A stretch of DNA of 64,000 bases, from assembly GCA_018003015.1 (NCBI GenBank), contig JAGNEZ010000008.1, positions 97,599 to 161,598 on the forward strand, in the 5' to 3' direction. The notes beneath the pieces are model-generated. The model searched no databases, was not told the DNA's origin, and worked only from the letters and a program-made list of their open reading frames with translations. A program made the position numbers and the translations under genes. Shown piece after piece: positions 10,472 to 18,659 of the stretch. Source of the DNA: Phycisphaerae bacterium (GTDB lineage: Bacteria > Planctomycetota > Phycisphaerae > UBA1845 > PWPN01). Position 1 is the stretch's first letter. The number at the start of each line of letters is the position of its first letter.

Positions 10472-10930
10472 CCCTTCTACAGCGGAGCAGCCGGCCCGGG
10501 CCACGTCTGGTTCTGGCAGCAGTGCATTGACCGACCCGACCACTGGTATCATTTCGCCCGTTTCGCCAAAGCGATTGAAGAGCTTGATCCGGCCGGCGAG
10601 CGGTTCAAGCCGGTGCAAATCCCAAACGCCCGACTGCATATCTATGCCCTGCAGGGCGAGAGAACGTTTCTGGCTTGGTGTCGAGACATCGACAACACCT
10701 GGCAGACAGAGCTCGTCGACGGCCGCAGGCCGGTGCTGATCCAAGGCCAAACGGTTGACCTGGCACGACAAGTCGGCATGGGCCTGTCGGCGACGCGAGT
10801 GCGATTCTACGACCCTTGGATGGATCGGTGGGCTGATGGCCACGTTGCTGACGGGCGGATTCTGCTGCCGGATTTCACCCGTTCCATCGTTATCCGCCTG
10901 GAGCACGTGGCGCCACTGCCGCAGCCCTGA
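10472..10930 (+). pseudogene. C-terminal fragment of a glycoside-hydrolase-like protein (catalytic part missing)
   Basis: From PFYSGAAGPGHVWFWQQCIDRPDHWYHF...LHIYALQGERTFLAWCRDIDNTWQTEL...RILLPDFTRSIVIRLEH the sequence looks like the tail of a secreted GH. The upstream part of this ORF (10322-10471) is merely antisense to the protease fragment. Confidence 0.5.
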
Positions 10931-11009
10931 CGGACAGGTTCTGGGGTGTCTGGCCACCGCCATGACTTTCCCCATTCCCTCATCACTGGTCGCGCAATAG
11001 AATATCAGC

Positions 11010-12395
11010 ATGATTCGGCTTTCCCGCCGCCAGTTTCTCCAGCGAACCGCTCTTCAGGCCACTGGTGCTGGCCTGGCTCTCCGTTCCGCGGCAAGTCTTG
11101 GGCAAACCGCGGGCAGTCGCCCCGCGCAAGCGGCCGACGTCCAGGTGCTCAACCCGCGCAACCGCGTGCCGGTGTCGCTGATCATTGACGATTCGACGTG
11201 CCTCGTGAACGTGAACCGTTTCGCCGTGCCGCAGTTCGCCAGCGCTTGGGGGAACAAGCAGGAATTTCGGCAACCCTGGCAGGACTGGCCCGTCGAGATC
11301 CCGGATGATTTCGTCCGGCGGTTCGCGGATTTCTCCGACCAGCACGGCATCAAGGGTAAGTACAGCGTCGTACCCTTCCCAGCCTGCGTAGGGCGACTGG
11401 ACCGGGTTCTGCCCGGTTGGACGGCACAGGCGCTCGACGACAGCCTCCAACTGGTCCGCACGCGCCTGCTGCCCAATTGGAACGTCCATCCGGAGATGGT
11501 CACCCACACCTGGGTGATCGACACGAGGACCGGGCATCCTTACCCGGAGCGCAGCCTGCGCTACCAGGAGAACTGGGATTGGTCGGTCGGGCGGTCGGTT
11601 GACGAGTTGGCCGGCTACATGGCCTACGCCTTGCGAATTCTCAAAAACGTCGGCTTGCCCTGCGAGGGGATCACCACGCCCGGTGGGTTTGGCTCGCGCG
11701 CGCTACCGGAACTGGCCCAGGCGGCGCTGCAATCCTGCCGTGACGTATTTGCCGCCGAGGTACCGCATTACTTTCGCCACGTGTATGAGAATGGGCCGGA
11801 GAGCGTGGCCCCGCGCGTCGAGTACGCATCTGGCCTGGACGGCGCCGATCCGCGCTGTGTGGTCTCGATCATTGGCTGCACCGGCGACTGGACCGGGGGA
11901 TGGGATTGCTCCAGCCAGGGCGATCTTGACCGCTTCATCACGCCCAACCTGCAATCCGGACGGCTGGTGGAAGTGATCGAGCGCGGCCAACCGGCCGTCC
12001 TGGTTTGCCATTGGACGGGGCTCTACTTCAACGGCCGGGAAGTCGGGTTCAAGATTCTCCAGGAGGTCGTGCGGCGTCTGCACCAACGCTACGACCACCT
12101 GGTCTGGATGAAGCTGAGCCAGATCGCTCGCTATTGGGCGGCCCGTCATTTGACCCGCATCGACAGGGATGAGACCGGACTCTCGCTGCGAGCCCCTTTT
12201 TCCGCTGCGGACTTTACAGTCCAGGTGCCCGCACCCAGCAACGCAGCACCGCAATTGCGCGCCGGCGAGACTCGCATCGAACTCCGTGAAGTGAGCCGTG
12301 GCACGGATCTGAAGGCGGGAACGTGCCTGCGCACGGGCAATCGCCTGGTGCTCTGCTTTGACCTGCCTCGCGGGCCCTCGCGGCTGCAATTCTGA
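11010..12395 (+). CDS. TAT-signal exported protein of unknown function (possibly carbohydrate esterase/deacetylase-like)
   Basis: 461 aa. It has a twin-arginine leader MIRLSRRQFLQRTALQATGAGLALRSAASLG. No diagnostic catalytic motif was recognised. Confidence 0.7.
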   Translation: MIRLSRRQFLQRTALQATGAGLALRSAASLGQTAGSRPAQAADVQVLNPRNRVPVSLIIDDSTCLVNVNRFAVPQFASAWGNKQEFRQPWQDWPVEIPDDFVRRFADFSDQHGIKGKYSVVPFPACVGRLDRVLPGWTAQALDDSLQLVRTRLLPNWNVHPEMVTHTWVIDTRTGHPYPERSLRYQENWDWSVGRSVDELAGYMAYALRILKNVGLPCEGITTPGGFGSRALPELAQAALQSCRDVFAAEVPHYFRHVYENGPESVAPRVEYASGLDGADPRCVVSIIGCTGDWTGGWDCSSQGDLDRFITPNLQSGRLVEVIERGQPAVLVCHWTGLYFNGREVGFKILQEVVRRLHQRYDHLVWMKLSQIARYWAARHLTRIDRDETGLSLRAPFSAADFTVQVPAPSNAAPQLRAGETRIELREVSRGTDLKAGTCLRTGNRLVLCFDLPRGPSRLQF

Positions 12396-12853
12396 CCTGG
12401 TCAGTGATCGATTGTCGCGATCGGGGCTCATGTCGATCACAGAACGTGCGCGCACCAAGATATCAGTCACTATGACGGTTCTCGGCTCAGAAGACGAAGA
12501 TCGAGGCGATGGAGACGGTCCAGCGGGGTCTGTCCCAGTCGATCATCCATCACCAGCGGGGCCAGAACCGATCCTGCTCCGCGGCCATCCGCCGGGTCGC
12601 TCTCGCCCTGCCCCCCGCCAGGAAGATTGAGCCAGGAGCGGACAACTGACGAGTTCGTAAGTGTGAATCTCGTCGGCTCCCTTACAGACCCTTGAAAACA
12701 AAGATGTTATGATGACGCAGAGGTTCGCACCGGGGTCTCTCCTCCTGAAGCCATTGCGTGCTCTTGGGCCGGCTTCGCAGCCCCAAGCCGGCCCGTGCCG
12801 GCGGGCCTGGAGAGCCCCGCTTTCCTGATCTGGCTGCAGATGTCGCGATGGGG

Positions 12854-13819
12854 TCACACCAGGCGGCCCAACCACCGCTTGGCCAGTTCCGCATAAACGC
12901 TTCTGAAATCGACGGTGGCGACGAGGTTCCCGGCATCCGTCTCCGCCAGCGATGGCGTTCGCCCATACAGCCCGCCCTCGATGCCACGGCCCATGATGAG
13001 CACCGGCCCAGCGGCGCCATGATCCGATCCGGCGTCCGCGTTCTCTGCGGGCCGCCGGCCGAACTCCGACCAGACCATGACCAGCACGTGATCGGCCGTG
13101 CCTTGCCGCTCCAGATTACGCTGGAGCTTCGCCAGTCCGCCGGCCAGTTCTCGAAGGACGTGGGCATGCTGCGGGAGCTGATCCTCGTGCGTATCGAACC
13201 CGCCGACGCTGGCGAATGCCAGTCTGGGAGCAGGATGAGTCTCGGCCAGCCGAGTGACGGCGGTCAGCACCTCCTCGATCCGCCCGGCGGAGTAGGGAAG
13301 CGGGTTGGGGTTCGGAGGGTACCCGACGCCTCTCAAAGTGTCGGAGAGACCGTTGGGCTGAGGGCTTGCCTCTTGGACCGTTCCGTCCCACGGGTCAGTC
13401 TCGGGATTACGATCCATCAGCCCATCCAGCCAGATCCGGCACGAGCCGAGGTGTGAGTAGTCTGGGGCCGAGCAGCCTACGCCCTGAACGATGGCAAGCT
13501 GCCCGCGCTCGTAAATCTGCGCCAGGGCCCGTAGCGATGGATGCAGCGCGACCTGCTGATCGATGGGCACGCATTCGCTGGCCACGCGGCTGAGGCACGG
13601 CCGCAACTCGTGGTAGAGCGGATCGGCGTAGGGTATGACGGTGTTGAGTCCGTCGTTTCCGCCGGACAGGTGCAGCAAGATGAGCGTCCGTTCGGCGTTC
13701 CGCCGTGTGCCCATCGCTTTGACGGGGCTCGCGAGCGTCGATCCCGCTGTCCAGGCAAGACCGGTCTGAAGGATTTGCCGCCGCGTAGGCCTCACCGATT
13801 CTCCACGCCTTTGATCCAC
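12854..13819 (-). CDS. DUF1501 domain protein (sulfatase-fold, TAT-exported)
   Basis: Blocks LLHLSGGNDGLNTVIPYADPLYHELRP and GSDHGAAGPVLIMG...VDFRSVYAEL are characteristic of DUF1501. The TAT leader is RPTRRQILQTGLAWTAGSTLASPVKA. The start is uncertain: I prefer GTG at 13819 (AAGGGAG 8 nt upstream), while the track ORF extends to TTG at 13897. Confidence 0.8.
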   Translation of the reverse strand: MDQRRGESVRPTRRQILQTGLAWTAGSTLASPVKAMGTRRNAERTLILLHLSGGNDGLNTVIPYADPLYHELRPCLSRVASECVPIDQQVALHPSLRALAQIYERGQLAIVQGVGCSAPDYSHLGSCRIWLDGLMDRNPETDPWDGTVQEASPQPNGLSDTLRGVGYPPNPNPLPYSAGRIEEVLTAVTRLAETHPAPRLAFASVGGFDTHEDQLPQHAHVLRELAGGLAKLQRNLERQGTADHVLVMVWSEFGRRPAENADAGSDHGAAGPVLIMGRGIEGGLYGRTPSLAETDAGNLVATVDFRSVYAELAKRWLGRLV

Positions 13820-13884
13820 AGTCAGGGCTCCCTTGTGTGCAACTCCTCCGATCTTCGCGTTTGCCCGGTTCGCGCCGTCCGAGG

Positions 13885-15111
13885 TCACGCGTGCCAAGCC
13901 TTTTGGATCTTGCGGATGGCCTCGGGGATATCGGCCAAGTCTTTCTCGTCGGCGAGCAAGATGGTCTGCCCCAGCCAGAGACTCTCCCTGCAGATTCGCT
14001 CGGCATTGGGGCAGGGCTCGACCGCGACCAAGTCAGGGTGGCGTCTCCGGACTGCCTGGGCCACACCGTGATTGGAGACCAAGTCATCGTAACCGGCCGC
14101 AAGCGGGATGCCCTCGGCTTGCATGGCCCGGACGAACTCTCCGCGAGGCCGGCCGCCGAATGCGGACGGGATGTATCGCATCATGCACAGGTGCCACGCG
14201 TGGTTGGTCACGTAATCCGGTAGCCGAGCCGGGCGAACGCCCGTGATCCCTTTCAGTTCCTGGTTGAGGTAGCGAACCGCCCGGTTTCGGCGTGCACTCT
14301 GTGCGTCCAGGGCCTTGAGTCGCTCCTCCAGCAGTGCGGCGATGTACTCTGACGGGCGGTAGCTGTACCCGGCCCGTGGCTGACTGAAGGTCGTTCCCTG
14401 CGGCGGCTGTCCCACGTGATGGGTAGCGTGGGCCCGGGCATAGACTTCGTCCGAGTCAGTAGCCAAGAATCCGCCTTCGCCGCAGCAGAGGTTCTTGGTC
14501 GATTGGAACGAGAACGCCCCCGCGTTGGCGAGCCCGCCGCACTTGCGTCCTTTGTAGGTGGCTCCGTGGGCCTGGCAGGCATCCTCGACCACGGGGAGGT
14601 TGTGCCTGCGGGCAACGGAGATGATGGCATCCATATCGGCCGGGTGACCCAGGATGTCCACGGGCATGACGGCTCGCGTCTCTGGTTTGATCGCGCTCTC
14701 CAGCGCGGCCGGATCCAGGCAAGCGGTCTCCGAGTCCACGTCCACGAACCGGACCGAGAAGCCCATCTCCCAGGCCGCATGGGCGGAGGCGATGAACGTA
14801 TAGTTGGGCACGATGCACTCGCCGTTGTAGCCCAGCCCATCGGTGTCTGTCACCGCACACAGGGCGAGCTTGAGTGCACTGGTTCCGGAAGTGGTCAGCA
14901 GACCGCGCTTGGCGCCGAGGTATTCGCAGTAAGCTCTGGCGAACCGCCGGCCATGAGGTTGCGGCAAGCCCTCTGTTTTGCTGAGGTAGACCTCACGTAC
15001 GGCCGGTTCCTGACCTTTCCAGCTTTCGAGTGTGGACGGCGGCCAGCTCGGCCATGGACGAACTCGGCCGTCGTGTACGGGAGTGCCGCCTTCGATGGCC
15101 AGTTTGCTCAT
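13885..15111 (-). CDS. DegT/DnrJ/EryC1/StrS-family PLP aminotransferase
   Basis: 408 aa with N-terminus MSKLAIEGGTPV, the block TTSGTSALKLALCAV, and the PLP-lysine block FSFQSTKNLCCGEGGFLATD. Confidence 0.85.
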   Translation of the reverse strand: MSKLAIEGGTPVHDGRVRPWPSWPPSTLESWKGQEPAVREVYLSKTEGLPQPHGRRFARAYCEYLGAKRGLLTTSGTSALKLALCAVTDTDGLGYNGECIVPNYTFIASAHAAWEMGFSVRFVDVDSETACLDPAALESAIKPETRAVMPVDILGHPADMDAIISVARRHNLPVVEDACQAHGATYKGRKCGGLANAGAFSFQSTKNLCCGEGGFLATDSDEVYARAHATHHVGQPPQGTTFSQPRAGYSYRPSEYIAALLEERLKALDAQSARRNRAVRYLNQELKGITGVRPARLPDYVTNHAWHLCMMRYIPSAFGGRPRGEFVRAMQAEGIPLAAGYDDLVSNHGVAQAVRRRHPDLVAVEPCPNAERICRESLWLGQTILLADEKDLADIPEAIRKIQKAWHA

Positions 15112-15757
15112 GGGCGTTCCTCGCGCTAGGCTACATGGCGGACCTGACGTGCGTTCAGTCTCGCCGCCGGCCGGACCTTGTCAAGGCCCGACTCGCCCCC
15201 CCCCACGACGCGCGTGCGTTCACGCAGCGGCGGCCGCATGGGCGGGTGCACATTCAGGGCGGGTCCTTCAGCCCACCTCCGGGTCTCGGCCCCTTGGTCG
15301 CGATCCCATCCAACGACCGCCGGCGCGCGGCCGAGAGGATGAGATCCTCGGTCTGGGGCGCAAATCGGGTGGGACGATCGTAGTATATCATTGAAGTGCA
15401 GGTCTCGCAGCCCCCCATACGGATGTGAGACAACCGCTCCCGGCGTGTCGAGGGAGCGGGGCAGACGGGATCCTCGGCCGTGATGCACACCTTTCCTCAG
15501 TTCATGTTTTGTTCGTACCTGTTGACTGCGGCCTATCCCGTCGACCGGCCGGACTCGAGCGACAATCGGCCCGATCAACGGTATTCTCGGAATCTGGGGC
15601 CTGAGCGATGTCCCAGGGTGGCCGGGGGCTGGGGATGCGAAGCCGCCCGAGTTGAGGATAATGCCTCTTCTGGAGAAGGCGGGCGACGGGGACTGCGGCC
15701 TGGGGCGGGAGTACAGCCCGAAGTGTATGGTCTTGTGTGCTGAGTCGAGGCGCGACA

Positions 15758-17086
15758 ATGGCTGAGAAACTAGCGATCGCCGGCGGAACTCCGGTACTGA
15801 CCCGGAGGGACTTCAAGAATTGGCCGGTGATTACGGATGACGACCGCAGGTACGTCAACGAGGTGCTGGACAGCGGCATCGTGGCGGGTGCCACGGCTCC
15901 CCAGGCCATCGCCCTGCAAACCGAATGGGCCAAGTTCGTGGGAGCCAGGTATTGCCTGACCACCGCCAGCGGAACCGCGGCATTGCACATGGCTTTGGCG
16001 GCGGTAGGCGTGGGGCCGGGCGACGAGGTCATTGTCCCGGCCTACACGTTTCTGGCCAGTGCATCGTGCATCATGCACCAGATGGCAATTCCGGTATTCG
16101 TCGACATTGAACCGAACACCTGCACAATCGACCCTGCCAAGATCGAGGCGGTGATCACCGAGCGAACCAAGGCGATCATCCCGGTTCACATTCAGGGATG
16201 TCCCGCGGATATGAATCCGATCCTCAACACGGCCAGAAAGCACGATTTGCGGGTCATTGAGGATGCGTGCCAGGCACACGGGGCCTTGTACAAGGGCCGA
16301 AGGTGCGGCACGATGGGTATCGCCGGGGCTTTCAGCCTGAACAACCTGAAGAATCTGTGCGGAGGCGAGGGCGGCCTTTTCGTCACCGATGATGAGGACA
16401 TTCTCAAGAGAGGTGATCTGGTCCGGTATTTCGGTGACGAGTGCGACGAGGCGACGCTGCGGCAGAAGTACAACTCATCGATCCTGGGCTACATGTATCG
16501 GAACCAGGAGTTGCCTGCTGCGCTGGCCCGCGGGCAACTCAGACACCTCGAGGAACACAATGAAACGCGTATCCGCAATGCCGAGTACCTCAACAGTGAA
16601 TTGGGCAGGATTCCGGGCGTTATTCCTCCTCGTTGTCCACCCGACTGTCGGCACGTTTACTGGCTTTATGGGCTTCGCTTTGACCCGCATGCGGCAGGCA
16701 TCGAGGCGTCGCCCCGCCGGTTCCGCGTGGCCGTGGAGAAGAGCCTGTTCAAGGAAGGGGTGTTGGTTGGGCAATGGCAGGCCATGCCCGTTCCCGCCCA
16801 AGACATCTTTCAGAGCATGATCGGCATCGGCAACCGTTATCCGTGGGCGATCAACGAGGCTAAGGGTATTACCTACAGATACGACCCCAATGCCTACCCT
16901 GTGGCTCAGATGTTCTGCGACAGTTACACCATCGTGCACTCCATTCATCCTCCCAACGGCAGGGAGCTCAACAGGAAAGTCGTTCTGGCATTCCAGAAGG
17001 TTTTTGAAAACCTTGGTGAGGTGATGGACCATGCGGATGACGATATCCGGCCGAGCTTCGACGGCCGGCTGTATGGCGTCGGCTGA
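15758..17086 (+). CDS. DegT/DnrJ/EryC1/StrS-family PLP aminotransferase (long form)
   Basis: The start MAEKLAIAGGTPV is at ATG 15758, with GAGG 8 nt upstream. It has TTASGTAALHMALAAVGVGPGDEVIVPAYTF and the PLP-lysine block FSLNNLKNLCGGEGGLFVTD. Confidence 0.85.
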   Translation: MAEKLAIAGGTPVLTRRDFKNWPVITDDDRRYVNEVLDSGIVAGATAPQAIALQTEWAKFVGARYCLTTASGTAALHMALAAVGVGPGDEVIVPAYTFLASASCIMHQMAIPVFVDIEPNTCTIDPAKIEAVITERTKAIIPVHIQGCPADMNPILNTARKHDLRVIEDACQAHGALYKGRRCGTMGIAGAFSLNNLKNLCGGEGGLFVTDDEDILKRGDLVRYFGDECDEATLRQKYNSSILGYMYRNQELPAALARGQLRHLEEHNETRIRNAEYLNSELGRIPGVIPPRCPPDCRHVYWLYGLRFDPHAAGIEASPRRFRVAVEKSLFKEGVLVGQWQAMPVPAQDIFQSMIGIGNRYPWAINEAKGITYRYDPNAYPVAQMFCDSYTIVHSIHPPNGRELNRKVVLAFQKVFENLGEVMDHADDDIRPSFDGRLYGVG

Positions 17087-17139
17087 GAGCTTCAGTTCTT
17101 TGGGGCGATCATCCTTCACGGAGCCGACGATCGAGTGGC

Positions 17140-17511
17140 TCATATATGCCGGCCTGTCCTCACGGTCACTGCGAACCACACCTCTCGCCGCTCGAAATCG
17201 TACAGGCCCAGCGTGTAACGCTCGAACTCCCGCCGTGCGGCCTCCTGCCAGGCTGGCGACTCCGCTCGTCCGCTGACCAGGCGTGACACGCCGTGAATGA
17301 TCTGATTGGCGATGCTAATCGGGTCACAAGTCCGGCCCATGGCAAGCTTCCTTTCCGGCCTCGGATTCACCCTGCCGCTCGAGGCTCCGGAGGTACAACC
17401 GAGATTCTGCCAGTGTACTTTCTGAGATTTCGCCTTTCCACTCGAGTCTTCCTGCGGAGAGCCGCCCGGCGGTCCTGTTCCGGAAGGCGGAAGAGTGAAT
17501 CCGTGATTCAC
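17140..17511 (-). CDS. Hypothetical small protein (weak call)
   Basis: 123-aa ORF in a 0.9-kb gap. Only the C-terminal part (ISIANQIIHGVSRLVSG...FERYTLGLYDFERREVWFAV) looks protein-like. No family was recognised. Confidence 0.25.
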   Translation of the reverse strand: MNHGFTLPPSGTGPPGGSPQEDSSGKAKSQKVHWQNLGCTSGASSGRVNPRPERKLAMGRTCDPISIANQIIHGVSRLVSGRAESPAWQEAARREFERYTLGLYDFERREVWFAVTVRTGRHI

Positions 17512-17869
17512 CGTGAGCGCGGTTCCCGGTTCTCGGTCGGCCTATTTGAAGGCCGCAACGGGCGGCCAGGACTGAAGGTGACGAACACAGGGAGACGACG
17601 TATGTGCGGGATTATTGGAATTCTCATAGGGCTGGTAGTAAAGATCGGTGTGCCGCTCCAGAGCCTCGGCTTCTGAGAACGGGCGGCTCATCCGACAACC
17701 TGCCACGCGAAACATGACCCCGGTTCACCAGCGGCGAGCCGGGGTCATCGCTTGCCAGGAGGCAGGATGCCGCCATAGGCCCAAGGGCCCGGCTGCTGGC
17801 AGGCTCGCTGTAATGGCGACCTCCCACGGTTTGACCGCGTTCCCCTTCATTTTGGCGGTCCCGGCGGTA

Positions 17870-17898
17870 TTGACATAGGTCCGGGCAGTCTTCACAAT
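17870..17898 (+). promoter_or_regulatory. Sigma-70-like promoter candidate upstream of the ECF sigma gene
   Basis: TTGACA (17870-17875), a 17-nt spacer, then CACAAT (17893-17898), about 75 nt upstream of the ATG. The RBS AAGGAGG lies 8 nt before ATG 17973. Promoter rules for this phylum are poorly known. Confidence 0.3.
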
Positions 17899-17972
17899 AG
17901 GAAGGGCATCGAGAAACCGCATCGCTAACCGGTCCCCCAAGTCGTGCCTCAGTCACCAAGGAGGCGTGGGCC

Positions 17973-18617
17973 ATGCAGGACTTCCCGTACAGCGATGCCG
18001 ACGACCAGTTGTTGGACCAGGCCGCCGCAGGGGATCACACTGCGCTGGAGTCACTCCTGCTGAGCTGCTATCCGCGTCTGGCTGCTTGCATCACCCACAA
18101 GCTTCCGGCGGCGATGAAGAGCCAGATCAGCCCTGAAGACATCCTGCAGGAGACCTTCGCTGAAGTGTTCCGCCACATGGGCCGGTTCCATCCCCAGGGG
18201 GTTGACGCGTTTTTCCATTGGGTGGCGGGTATTGCTGATCATCGCCTGGTGGATGCGATCAAGGCCCAATGTGCGGCCAAACGAGGTGGTGGCCGGGAAC
18301 CTGTCGATCTGGCGGTCGATCCGGAGGTCAGCTCGATGGCGGACCTCTTAGGGGTATTGGCGGCCCACAGCCGCACGCCCAGCCGCTCGGCCGCCCGGCA
18401 CGAGGCGGTGGCGGCGGTCCAGGCCGCGCTCGACACCCTGGGCGACGATCAGCGTCAGGCGCTGCGATTGCGTTACATCGAAGGCCTGCCGGTGGCCCAG
18501 ATCGCTGAGCGGATGGGGCGGACGGAAGGCTCGGTCCACATGCTCTGCAACCGCGGGCTCAAGGAACTGCGGGCCATTCTCGGCCGATCGAGCGAGTACC
18601 TGTCACGCAAAGCGTGA
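17973..18617 (+). CDS. ECF-type RNA polymerase sigma-70 factor
   Basis: 214 aa. Region 2 is ISPEDILQETFAEVFRHMGRF...HWVAGIADHRLVDAIK. The region 4.2 HTH is LRLRYIEGLPVAQIAERMGRTEGSVHMLCNRGLKELR. Confidence 0.9.
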   Translation: MQDFPYSDADDQLLDQAAAGDHTALESLLLSCYPRLAACITHKLPAAMKSQISPEDILQETFAEVFRHMGRFHPQGVDAFFHWVAGIADHRLVDAIKAQCAAKRGGGREPVDLAVDPEVSSMADLLGVLAAHSRTPSRSAARHEAVAAVQAALDTLGDDQRQALRLRYIEGLPVAQIAERMGRTEGSVHMLCNRGLKELRAILGRSSEYLSRKA

Positions 18618-18659
18618 GCGTCCGCCCCTGCCGTCGGTATCAAGTCAGGAGGCGGTCCC

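Noticed and set aside
15126-15758. 210-aa minus-strand ORF filling the spacer between the two DegT genes
   Set aside because: It is Pro/Arg/Gly-rich with no motif, RBS or plausible start context. It is treated as non-coding, although a short decayed remnant cannot be excluded (see finding).
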